Below, piece by piece: positions 18,047 to 25,975 of a stretch of 38,019 nt of DNA. This DNA comes from a virus (Duplodnaviria > Caudoviricetes), in the IMG/VR virus record IMGVR_UViG_3300032212_000072, positions 1-38,019 of that record; one strand, written 5' to 3'. The number at the start of each line of letters is the position of its first letter. Position 1 is the first letter of the stretch. The translations under genes were made by a program, and so were the position numbers. The notes beneath the pieces are model-generated. The model searched no databases. It saw only the letters and a program-made list of their open reading frames with translations, and was not told the DNA's origin.

Positions 18047-18222
18047 ACCCCCTCACCGGCCACCCCTCCCTAGGCAATAGGCCGGCGGCTATCGACAATT
18101 ATGTCTGATAGCTTCCCTATAACATGCCAAATTTTGCAGACCGTAGGGCTTCTTATTCAAGGCCGAGGCAATGGTACTGCCCCAGCGGGTGAAAGGCCCG
18201 CACTTAACCAAAAGGAAAAACA

Positions 18223-18450
18223 ATGCCTAAACAACCACTATGTATTGAATGCAACAACTACATCGACGATAAACCCCTACCAAGGTGTAAGTCTAGCCGT
18301 TTCACTGATCTAGTGTCAGGCAATGAAAGGCGCTACTGCCTCATTGAGCGCTTAGACGGTATTGGCCGCTGTTCCAGTATGGGTAACAACTTCGCCCCAA
18401 AGGGTGCAGAGACAAAGAAAAAGCCCGGACGGCCTAAGAAAGATGGCTAA
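18223..18450 (+). CDS. Cys-rich hypothetical protein
   Basis: AAGGA RBS, CxxC motif, basic KKPGRPKK tail. Confidence 0.6.
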   Translation: MPKQPLCIECNNYIDDKPLPRCKSSRFTDLVSGNERRYCLIERLDGIGRCSSMGNNFAPKGAETKKKPGRPKKDG

Positions 18451-18727
18451 AAAACCTCTCACATCAAAGAAGTTTAACAAGATGATTGACGAAGCTATCG
18501 ACCAATTATCAGACGACAGGGTAGATTCTGGTATAAACATCCTTTACAAGCTAGCAGAGCTGTTTAAATCCGCTGGCGCTAGCAGAGAGAGCTTCGCAGA
18601 GATATGCGCTTATATCGAACGTGAGGCCATTGAGCGCACTGACGAAGCATTTATCGAAATGAAGATTAACGCAGCATTAAAAAAAGCCCGTGAGAGTAAG
18701 CATGGGTTGATTATTACGAAGCATTGA
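18443..18727 (+). CDS. Hypothetical protein
   Basis: ATG overlaps the upstream gene end, helical composition. Confidence 0.6.
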   Translation: MAKKPLTSKKFNKMIDEAIDQLSDDRVDSGINILYKLAELFKSAGASRESFAEICAYIEREAIERTDEAFIEMKINAALKKARESKHGLIITKH

Positions 18728-18781
18728 TTATGGCATGAAGCCGATTACCGCGCTGGAATAGGCGTGAATCTAGAACGGGTT

Positions 18782-18854
18782 TGCCTCGTAGTTCAGGGGA
18801 AGAACGCCGCTTACGACTGAGCGGAGGTCGCTGAATCATATAAGGTCGAGGCTA
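18782..18854 (+). ncRNA. tRNA-like RNA 2 (same UACGACUG loop; degenerate T arm)
   Basis: Acceptor GCCTCG/CGAGGC, T8-A9, D stem GTTC/GAAC, anticodon stem CCGCT/AGCGG, variable loop AGGTC. T stem mostly unpaired. Confidence 0.65.
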
Positions 18855-18889
18855 ATCGGTGGATTGCTTTTTAAATAAGGTGCAATTAG

Positions 18890-19066
18890 ATGATTTTTTA
18901 CACTGGCGAACATGAAGAAAAACTAATGCCCTACGAGAATGAATATGGGCAGGTTAAATATCAGGTTGTAACAAGAAGTAAGCGCCTTGGGACACTTATA
19001 CCATTACACCAGCTATTGAATAAATATATTTTGAAGAGATACCCTAACGGCCATATTGAGTTATAG
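18890..19066 (+). CDS. Hypothetical 58-aa protein
   Basis: AAGGTG RBS, fills the gap between neighbours. Confidence 0.45.
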   Translation: MIFYTGEHEEKLMPYENEYGQVKYQVVTRSKRLGTLIPLHQLLNKYILKRYPNGHIEL

Positions 19067-19074
19067 GTGAGATT

Positions 19075-19260
19075 ATGAATCCTGAACTACATCAATGTCC
19101 TTGCTGCCCATCTACGCAATGCGCGATGGATGAGCCATGCTTGGGCTGTGAGACATACGCAGAATGGTCTATTGAGAATATCGCCTCCAAGCGATTAAAT
19201 AAAATCTCTGTCGAGACGATCAGCTTTGAGGAAATGAAAAAGAAGTTTGACGCAGATTAA
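19075..19260 (+). CDS. Cys-rich hypothetical protein
   Basis: AGGTG RBS, 61 aa. Confidence 0.5.
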   Translation: MNPELHQCPCCPSTQCAMDEPCLGCETYAEWSIENIASKRLNKISVETISFEEMKKKFDAD

Positions 19261-19275
19261 AACGCGTAGTAGTTT
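19247..19275 (+). promoter_or_regulatory. Putative sigma70 promoter upstream of the replication gene leader
   Basis: TTGACG-17 bp-TAGTTT. Confidence 0.5.
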
Positions 19276-19282
19276 ATCAGTA

Positions 19283-19404
19283 ACGGAGAACAGGATTTGG
19301 CCCCTGCCGTAACATAAAATTAAGATTAATAACCCCGTTCTGGGTAGTGTGGAAGTTTCTTAATCTTCCGGCCAAAGCACTACACCAGAGCGGGGTTTAT
19401 TTTT
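19283..19404 (+). ncRNA. Structured 5' leader / attenuator with loop-loop complementarity
   Basis: Hairpin with TTTGGCC loop. Long stem AACCCCGTTCTGG-GTAGTG/CACTAC-CCAGAGCGGGGTT enclosing GGCCAAA, followed by a T tract. Confidence 0.6.
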
Positions 19405-19413
19405 GGAGATGGT

Positions 19414-20088
19414 ATGGAATATCTAACAATCAAGAATTGGGACAAGTGGCAGACCTATCGCAAAGATAGAGGTCAGCCACCCTGGATAAAGCTACACCGT
19501 GAGTTGATGCGAAACATTGAATGGGTGTCATTAAGTGATGCCCAACGCGGGCAGCTCGTCGCCATTTGGTTGCTTGCTGCTGACCGAGATGGCGTCATAC
19601 CGGCGTCGCCAGAAATAATCAAGAAACTCTGCCACATGGATTCCCTGCCCGACTTAAAATTGTTTATAAATTATGGGTTTATAGAAGATGGCGACATCAT
19701 GACGCCAGAGTGTCGCCAACATGACGTTACAGATACAGAAGGAGAGGCAGAGGCAGAAGCAGATACAGAAGAGATAACTACATTGTCGGGCAAAGAACCC
19801 GACATATCACCCCCTAAGCCTCAATACAAACCAACCGCAGTCAGTGTACTTGATTTCCTTAACGAGAAGACCGGAAGGAACTACCAGCCCGTCAAAGCAA
19901 ACATAGACATGATTGTGGCAAGGCTCAAGGAAGGGGCAACCGAGGACGAATGCAGGCAGGTGATAGCCAAGAAATCACGGGAATGGCTGAATGACGATGA
20001 TATGAATCAGTACCTACGTCCGGCCACCCTGTTCAACCGTACAAAATTCGCTCAGTACCAAGGCGAGCTAGTGAGGGTAACACAATGA
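19414..20088 (+). CDS. Phage replication initiator (O-like, conserved phage C-terminal domain)
   Basis: N-terminal PPWIKLHR and C-terminal FLNEKTGRNY...YLRPATLFN..KF..Y motifs. Confidence 0.85.
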   Translation: MEYLTIKNWDKWQTYRKDRGQPPWIKLHRELMRNIEWVSLSDAQRGQLVAIWLLAADRDGVIPASPEIIKKLCHMDSLPDLKLFINYGFIEDGDIMTPECRQHDVTDTEGEAEAEADTEEITTLSGKEPDISPPKPQYKPTAVSVLDFLNEKTGRNYQPVKANIDMIVARLKEGATEDECRQVIAKKSREWLNDDDMNQYLRPATLFNRTKFAQYQGELVRVTQ

Positions 20089-20408
20089 AGAAAAATCAAT
20101 GTCCAGAATGCAAATCAACATTAGGCCAGGACGAAACAAGCTGTTTCTGTGGCTGGAAGAAGTCAAGTCGCGGCATCAAGCTAACCGCGTGTTGCGAGGC
20201 GGGCTGTACGCAGATGATACATGGCCCACGTTTTAATCGTTGCGCTGAACACCTGGCGGAGTACATGAAAATGAACCCCAGAAAGCTGACAACTGGAAGC
20301 GCTATGAATCAGTGCAGTATGCAGGGGTGTATAAATCTGGCGGTTAGAACATCAACGACTAAGGCCGATAGTGACACCGAATGGTATTGTAACGAGCATT
20401 CGTACTAA
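20085..20408 (+). CDS. Cys-rich Zn-finger hypothetical protein
   Basis: Multiple CxxC and C-x4-C...C-x2-H motifs, ATGA coupling. Confidence 0.6.
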   Translation: MKKNQCPECKSTLGQDETSCFCGWKKSSRGIKLTACCEAGCTQMIHGPRFNRCAEHLAEYMKMNPRKLTTGSAMNQCSMQGCINLAVRTSTTKADSDTEWYCNEHSY

Positions 20409-20449
20409 TCACAGATAGAAGAAATGCGGAAAATACTGGAGGGTAAATC

Positions 20450-20632
20450 ATGAGACTAGACAGAAACGAAACTAAAATAATCCGCGTACTCACCGAGCAC
20501 GATATTATGGACGAGCAATGTATTGCGCTAAAGGCTCATATCCCGACATCTAATGTGCGCGTCATCATGGAGCAATTCGAGAACATGGGCTATGCGTGCC
20601 GATTAGATGATGGCTGGAGTTTGACGCGGTGA
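20450..20632 (+). CDS. Small winged-helix-like protein
   Basis: GGAGGG RBS, 60 aa with a wHTH-like pattern. Confidence 0.5.
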   Translation: MRLDRNETKIIRVLTEHDIMDEQCIALKAHIPTSNVRVIMEQFENMGYACRLDDGWSLTR

Positions 20633-21201
20633 GGGTTTTAATCGGGTGCGAAGAAAGCGGAGTTATGTGTAGCGAGTTCCGCAAGGCTGGGCATGAGGCG
20701 TATTCGTGCGATCTTCAACCAACAAGGGGAAATCCTGACTGGCATTACCGTGGCGACGTAAAGGACGTAATGAAAAAGAACCACTGGGATTTAATGATAC
20801 TCCATCCAGACTGCACCCGGCTCGCCGTTAGCGGAAACCGCTGGTATGGGAGGGGTATGCCTAAACACGAAGAAAGACTGTGGGCGATTGATTGGACTTT
20901 AGACCTATGGGAGAGAGCGAAGTCCTGCGCCGACAGGGTAGCATTGGAAAACCCCGTAAGCGTGATATTTAAGTTTTTGCCAAACGTGTTCTATACGCAG
21001 CCGTGGGAGCATGGTCACGGAGAAACCAAAAAGACCGGGTTCGCCCTTCACAACCTTGACCCGCTGACACCAACGGACATAGTTGAGGGTAGAGAGCAGA
21101 AAGTTTGGAAAATGGCTCCATCACCAACCAGGAAGCGTGACAGAAGCGTTACTTATCAGGGAATCGCAGAAGCCGCCGCTAAACAATGGGGTGAATTATG
21201 A
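20629..21201 (+). CDS. Phage DNA cytosine methyltransferase-like protein
   Basis: RVLIGCEESG, SCD, HPDCT, ENPV, K-T-G-F-x-L motifs of the short phage C5-MTase-like family. Confidence 0.7.
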   Translation: MRVLIGCEESGVMCSEFRKAGHEAYSCDLQPTRGNPDWHYRGDVKDVMKKNHWDLMILHPDCTRLAVSGNRWYGRGMPKHEERLWAIDWTLDLWERAKSCADRVALENPVSVIFKFLPNVFYTQPWEHGHGETKKTGFALHNLDPLTPTDIVEGREQKVWKMAPSPTRKRDRSVTYQGIAEAAAKQWGEL

Positions 21202-21560
21202 AAACAAAACCACTCTTTAACCGCTACACCATCACAGACCAGGGCAAGATATTCGACGGTGATAAAGAAGTTCATCAGTATTACTGCAAAACAGACGAGT
21301 GCTGGCAAGTGTGTCTGACAGATAAAGCAGGCAGGAAAGTTAAAAAGCACGTAGCACGGCTTATTGCTATTGCTTTCGTTGAAAGGCCACGCGGTACAGA
21401 ATGCGTAATAAATAAAAGCGGCGACAAGGCCGTTAATTCAGCAGCAAATCTAAAATGGATTACCTTATCCGAGAAGCAGAAGATTGCATATAACAAGACT
21501 AAAAAAAGATTTGATCCTGACGAAACAGCCAAGATAGCTAACTGCATGCCGTGGAAGTGA
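21198..21560 (+). CDS. Degenerate NUMOD4/HNH-like protein
   Basis: VARLIAIAFV...VINKSGDK..N.A.NLKW resembles HNH_3 but lacks the catalytic His. Confidence 0.6.
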   Translation: MKTKPLFNRYTITDQGKIFDGDKEVHQYYCKTDECWQVCLTDKAGRKVKKHVARLIAIAFVERPRGTECVINKSGDKAVNSAANLKWITLSEKQKIAYNKTKKRFDPDETAKIANCMPWK

Positions 21561-21571
21561 TAATATAATGC

Positions 21572-21600
21572 TTGACTTTTAGTTTACAGGGGTATATCGT
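21572..21600 (+). promoter_or_regulatory. Putative internal sigma70 promoter
   Basis: TTGACT-17 bp-TATCGT in an AT-rich intergenic region. Confidence 0.5.
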
Positions 21601-21637
21601 TTTATTTAATGATAAGTTAAACAAGGGGTGAGCCGTT

Positions 21638-21883
21638 ATGAAAATTATTACAGTAGCGCTACGGACAGTCGTACTTTCTAGCATGTTGTTAGCCGCCGGG
21701 TGCGGTGAGAGTAAGCCTGTCGGTAAATACGTTGTATGGGTTGGCGGTGATATTGTTGCGGTTGGCTACCACACCAATGAATACAAGCAAAATAAAGGGA
21801 TGGTTGAATTTACCGATATTCGTAAAGGGAAAAAGAAAATAGTGCCTATGACGAGCGTGCTAGATATAGATGTGAATCGTTAA
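21638..21883 (+). CDS. Small lipoprotein
   Basis: Signal peptide with LAAG|C lipobox, flanked by 14-bp direct repeats. Confidence 0.7.
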   Translation: MKIITVALRTVVLSSMLLAAGCGESKPVGKYVVWVGGDIVAVGYHTNEYKQNKGMVEFTDIRKGKKKIVPMTSVLDIDVNR

Positions 21884-21973
21884 ACAAGGGGTAAAACCCG
21901 GTATGAATGAATACCTAATCGTAATTGATCTCTATCTACCGAATGACGGGTGGATATTCAGGAGGCAGGCGTT

Positions 21974-22147
21974 ATGACAAAAGAAGAAGCGGTCAAGGCG
22001 TTAGAGGCTATACAGCATGGTGATAATGAAGCCGCCCATAGTCAGGCTGATGATATATTGCTTGAATATCTGTCATCCTCGGATTCTGTCGAAGTTGCAG
22101 AGGCTTGGCGTCATGTAAGTAATAGTATTGGATTCTGGTATGCGTAA
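21974..22147 (+). CDS. Hypothetical protein
   Basis: GGAGG RBS, D-x-E-x-AH-x-x-AD motif common in phage small proteins. Confidence 0.6.
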   Translation: MTKEEAVKALEAIQHGDNEAAHSQADDILLEYLSSSDSVEVAEAWRHVSNSIGFWYA

Positions 22148-22582
22148 ATGATAATTAGAAACGAACAGAATAAACTACAAGCCATAGAGCAGGTAAGAGG
22201 CTTACAGGATGACGTAGAATGGGAAGTCACAATAAAAGAATATAAAGAAAATCGCACAAATGCCCAAAATAATCTTATGTGGATGTGGCACAAGGTATTT
22301 GCAGAGAAGTACGGCGAAACGAAAGAGCGTGTACACCACAGGTTTAAGTACAAATACGTGATTCCGATATTGCTCAGAGAGGACAGAGAGGGCAAATTAA
22401 CTAAGCTGTATGGACTGGCTGAGTCAGACAAGGACGCAATGGCCGCATTGGTTCGGGTTATATCAACCACGCATCTCAACACGGCAGAGCTATCCGAAGC
22501 CCTGACCGAATACGACAGGGAATCAAGCGCGAACGGCATAGCCTTTCCGCACCCTGATATTTATCACTTGGCGATAAGGTGA
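22148..22582 (+). CDS. ninB: NinB-family recombination protein
   Basis: RTNAQN..MW motif and ST..L...E C-terminal motif. Confidence 0.75.
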   Translation: MIIRNEQNKLQAIEQVRGLQDDVEWEVTIKEYKENRTNAQNNLMWMWHKVFAEKYGETKERVHHRFKYKYVIPILLREDREGKLTKLYGLAESDKDAMAALVRVISTTHLNTAELSEALTEYDRESSANGIAFPHPDIYHLAIR

Positions 22583-22585
22583 ATT

Positions 22586-22825
22586 ATGAGAATAAGTAAT
22601 TTTGAACTTGTTGAGACAAAGGGAAGCCGACCGACTGATTGGGTATATATTGCTAATGTAGACATGGAGGAGGGCGTTTTGTGGTGGAAAACGAAAAAAA
22701 CAAGAGAGATAAGGCGAGAATTTGCGGGTTTTTGGTATTTCTCAGATACGGGCGCGTTTACACCTGTCTTTCAGGTGGAAAAATTGGCAAGACTCTGGAC
22801 AGCTAAAACGGGCCAGCGTTGCTGA
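22586..22825 (+). CDS. Hypothetical protein
   Basis: AAGGTG RBS, operon-packed. Confidence 0.6.
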   Translation: MRISNFELVETKGSRPTDWVYIANVDMEEGVLWWKTKKTREIRREFAGFWYFSDTGAFTPVFQVEKLARLWTAKTGQRC

Positions 22826-22846
22826 ATGGCCTCATAGGGAGGGATT

Positions 22847-23041
22847 ATGAGTGACGCACAGAAAATTATAGACAGAGAAACCGCAAAGCCTGGATTGCGC
22901 GGCAAAATTAATGCTTTCTGCGCTTCGTGTATCTATGACCCTGTTGGTGGTGCGGGAACGTGGCGCGAGCAAGTAAAGGGCTGTGGTGCTACAGAATGTC
23001 CGCTATACAGCGTAAGACCAATGCCGAGCACGGGAGACTGA
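22847..23041 (+). CDS. Cys-rich hypothetical protein
   Basis: GGAGGG RBS, FC..C...C....CPL...RP motif. Confidence 0.65.
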   Translation: MSDAQKIIDRETAKPGLRGKINAFCASCIYDPVGGAGTWREQVKGCGATECPLYSVRPMPSTGD

Positions 23042-23042
23042 C

Positions 23043-23318
23043 ATGAATAAATTTGAGGTTGGCGAGATCGCGATACTTTGGATACCTGGCGATGTCTCGC
23101 ACAAAAAAGAGGTTGAAATAATTGCTGTGGGCGATATTAGCAATCTTGGAGTTCCAGCAGATTACAGGATAGATATACCTGGAGATACCCATCCGAGTAC
23201 AGGATATTGGTGTGTAGACGTTGAGTATCTTCGGAAAAAGGAGTCACCCCAAGCATTATCCTCATGGGAAGAAATAGAAAAGCAGATAGGCTGGCACCCT
23301 GAGAAGGTGAGTGCTTGA
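23043..23318 (+). CDS. Hypothetical protein (SH3-like MNKFEVGE N-terminus)
   Basis: GGAG RBS, operon-packed. Confidence 0.6.
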   Translation: MNKFEVGEIAILWIPGDVSHKKEVEIIAVGDISNLGVPADYRIDIPGDTHPSTGYWCVDVEYLRKKESPQALSSWEEIEKQIGWHPEKVSA

Positions 23319-23602
23319 GCAAGATATGTGAAAGCGCAAAGGGGCAGGAATGCCAGGTTAGAATACCCGGCGTGTGTAACTTTAATCCTGAAACGACAAT
23401 ACTCGCCCACCTTAACGGCGGCGGTATGGGTAGGAAGAATCCAGATTATCAGGGCGCGTATTGTTGTAGCGCCTGCCATGATGTGTTGGATGGGCGTGTT
23501 CAGATGGTGGGGCCAGCCGAGTTTTTAAAGGTGTATCACCTAGAGGGTGTTATCCGAACACAGGAATTATTGAGAGAACAAGGGCTAATTAAAATTGCCT
23601 AG
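23315..23602 (+). CDS. DUF1364/YbcO-family putative nuclease
   Basis: SAKGQECQVRIPGVC...ETTILAH...AYCCSACHD signature. Confidence 0.85.
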   Translation: MSKICESAKGQECQVRIPGVCNFNPETTILAHLNGGGMGRKNPDYQGAYCCSACHDVLDGRVQMVGPAEFLKVYHLEGVIRTQELLREQGLIKIA

Positions 23603-23897
23603 ACGCAGAGCCGACAAGATAGATAACAACCAGAGAGCCATCGTAGAAACCCTCAGAGCGATTCCTGGCATATCGGTGGAAACGGGCAAGGATGATATTT
23701 TAATCGGTTACAGAGGCTCTACGTACTGGTATGAGGTGAAATCACCGGATACTGTCAGCAAAAAGACGGGCGAGATACGCGAATCAGCTAAGAAGACAGG
23801 GCAGAAGCGATTAGAACATGAATTTAACGGGCATTATAGGATTGTGTTCCACGTGGAACAGATACTTGAAGATATAGGAATAAAGCGAGGGAATTAA
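23595..23897 (+). CDS. PD-(D/E)xK nuclease / Holliday junction resolvase-like
   Basis: K-x-D-x-N-Q..IV..LR, DILIGY, YEVK motifs. Confidence 0.7.
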   Translation: MPRRRADKIDNNQRAIVETLRAIPGISVETGKDDILIGYRGSTYWYEVKSPDTVSKKTGEIRESAKKTGQKRLEHEFNGHYRIVFHVEQILEDIGIKRGN

Positions 23898-23898
23898 A

Positions 23899-24063
23899 AT
23901 GAAACAGAATGAGCCTATTGTAATTAAGGTTGTTGCCAATGGCGTTATTGTACAGCCTTTTTGTAATCCCCAGGAAATGGCCAGAGTAGATGACATAAGG
24001 GTTTTTGAATCGCTTGAAGGTCTGCGTAGATTTCTTTCGGACCATGTTTTGTTTGAAGAATGA
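23899..24063 (+). CDS. Hypothetical 54-aa protein
   Basis: GAGGG RBS, fills the operon. Confidence 0.5.
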   Translation: MKQNEPIVIKVVANGVIVQPFCNPQEMARVDDIRVFESLEGLRRFLSDHVLFEE

Positions 24064-24230
24064 ACAACATTGATAAAGACATAGAGTATTGTTGGGATTG
24101 CCAGCACTTTGAGCAGTCAGAATCAGGCTATCATTGTCTAATTAGAATCGAGTTAAAGGAAGGTTGTAACCTGAAAACACGGGAACCTGGGGCGGATTTG
24201 CCGGTTTATCTGGAAAAATTCACGAAATGA
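24060..24230 (+). CDS. Hypothetical 56-aa Cys-containing protein
   Basis: ATGA coupling, CWDCQH motif. Confidence 0.45.
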   Translation: MNNIDKDIEYCWDCQHFEQSESGYHCLIRIELKEGCNLKTREPGADLPVYLEKFTK

Positions 24231-24244
24231 GGTAGAATATAGCT

Positions 24245-24487
24245 ATGAATCAGGATGAATTGGATGATTTACCCATCAATGGAGATTTCAAATACGAAAT
24301 GATTCCATTACCAGACCCAAGATACCCAGATGCTAGAGGTGCGTCTATTACAATTCCAAGATCCGGAGAAATTAAACTAATGATGATTGAGCCAGACGAT
24401 TATGCATTGATTGAAGATAGAAAGGGCAACAAGTGGTGTACAGGTACTATTGATGGCGTAAAGCATAAACAGAGGGTTTATATATGA
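24245..24487 (+). CDS. Hypothetical protein
   Basis: 80-aa ORF in operon. Confidence 0.5.
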   Translation: MNQDELDDLPINGDFKYEMIPLPDPRYPDARGASITIPRSGEIKLMMIEPDDYALIEDRKGNKWCTGTIDGVKHKQRVYI

Positions 24488-24518
24488 ATCGTCGAAACTT
24501 CCTTAAAACACTCCTAAG

Positions 24519-24734
24519 ATGCTGAGAATAGCCAAGAAGACGTATTCTATATTTGGCCCTACCCCGGTATTAGCACGATTAAGGTTAACGGGGCGATGGA
24601 AGCTTATCAAAGAGGAGGGGCGTTGTGAACTATACCTGGAGTATTGGTTTTTGATATTCCGTGAATGGGTCCACGAAGATAGGGTGGTTATTCAGGAGGT
24701 TGAGGTCAATAATTGCGGGAAAACAACAGCATAA
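24519..24734 (+). CDS. Hypothetical protein
   Basis: 71-aa ORF in operon. Confidence 0.45.
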   Translation: MLRIAKKTYSIFGPTPVLARLRLTGRWKLIKEEGRCELYLEYWFLIFREWVHEDRVVIQEVEVNNCGKTTA

Positions 24735-24782
24735 TGACTTGCAAACCCCTTAATAATTAGCTATTTTTGCAGTATATGAATC

Positions 24783-24959
24783 ATGCAAACAACAAATCAG
24801 CGAATTGTTATGGCCTACTACATGCCAAACTACAATTTCGCAGCCGACTACTACAATGGCCGCTGGGTCATGGTTGCAAGACAGAAAACGGATACTCCGG
24901 CGGTTACACTCGCCCAGATTTCAGCCATTAGGAAAATGGCAAAGCGATTTAGTAAATAA
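24783..24959 (+). CDS. Hypothetical 58-aa protein
   Basis: ATG-initiated ORF filling the gap before the RBS of 24991. Confidence 0.4.
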   Translation: MQTTNQRIVMAYYMPNYNFAADYYNGRWVMVARQKTDTPAVTLAQISAIRKMAKRFSK

Positions 24960-24990
24960 AGCTATATTTGGCATTCGAGGAGAATCAGCC

Positions 24991-25305
24991 ATGAAAAGAC
25001 GTAATTTTATCAAGTCATTGATTGGATTGGTTGCGGCCCCTGTCGTCGCTAAGGCGTCAACAGAAATCGTCGAGGGCCCAGCCAGCGTTGATGTCCTGAA
25101 AGAGCAGGGTAGGGTCCAGCATGAGCCAGTACGTGAGCCGTTTGACTGGAGCCATTATGACCGCGATAAGCTCATGCAAATCTTTAAAACCACAAAAAGA
25201 TTTCGGGATAAGATGGGCAGGCCAACCACCCTACATGAGATTTCCGAGACTTTTAAGCAGATGGCGATTGAGAACCATAGGGTTCCTAAAGCGCTGCGGC
25301 GATAA
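24991..25305 (+). CDS. Protein with twin-arginine (Tat)-like signal peptide
   Basis: GAGGAG RBS, MKRRNFIKSLIGLVAAPVVAKA. Confidence 0.6.
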   Translation: MKRRNFIKSLIGLVAAPVVAKASTEIVEGPASVDVLKEQGRVQHEPVREPFDWSHYDRDKLMQIFKTTKRFRDKMGRPTTLHEISETFKQMAIENHRVPKALRR

Positions 25306-25403
25306 GGTTATAAACAGTATCAGTGACGCAGAGCTTATGTTGACTGGAGAGAGTCGCGAGGATTGGGCGTCACGCAATAGTGCAGCATCCATGAGGGGTT
25401 AAT

Positions 25404-25916
25404 ATGAAAAGACGTAATTTCTTAAAGGTTATTATCGGGACTGTTGTAGCTGGGGCCACAGGTAAATCAATCGCCTCAACTGAGACAGTTATAATACCTC
25501 AGTCTGATCGCGCTATCCCAATGCCAGGAGTACAATATACCTTCAACCCAAAGCATATTAATACTGGGCTAGCCATGACGCCCAGACCCGATACGGGTTG
25601 GGAGGTGCTGAATATTACACCTAATGATATATTCCATCCGGTATACCATCACACAGGGCCAAAGCCTTGCGGAAAGATCGCCATGTACGCAACTAAGCAG
25701 TTTAAGCGTGGAGACCCAGTAAGGCACACAGATTTTGTGGCTACAGATATGACGCCCATGAAGCGCAGTGGCAAATGTGGATCATGTGGCGGTGCGATAG
25801 GTCCGCTCGGTGATAAGTGTCTACGCGGCATGGATGAGAGGTTTGATGAAGCGCGCAGGATTAAGGCAGAGCTAGGACCATATTGGGAGGCATACAATGC
25901 TGCTAAGAGGGGGTAG
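25404..25916 (+). CDS. Protein with twin-arginine (Tat)-like signal peptide
   Basis: GAGGGG RBS, MKRRNFLKVIIGTVVAGATGKSIA. Confidence 0.6.
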   Translation: MKRRNFLKVIIGTVVAGATGKSIASTETVIIPQSDRAIPMPGVQYTFNPKHINTGLAMTPRPDTGWEVLNITPNDIFHPVYHHTGPKPCGKIAMYATKQFKRGDPVRHTDFVATDMTPMKRSGKCGSCGGAIGPLGDKCLRGMDERFDEARRIKAELGPYWEAYNAAKRG

Positions 25917-25975
25917 ATATGGCAGCCGTAAGAACCTCGCTACTTCTAAGATAGATCAAATTAGACAGGTGGCGT

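Noticed and set aside
18145-18201. nutR-like boxA/boxB (GCGGGT-GAAA-GGCCCGC hairpin)
   Set aside because: The hairpin is present but boxA match is poor, no counterpart is seen on the left transcript, and no N-like gene is recognised.
24805-24990. Long N-terminal extension of ORF 24805-25305
   Set aside because: The strong RBS and Tat-like leader indicate a start at 24991. The upstream DNA has its own ORF in another frame.
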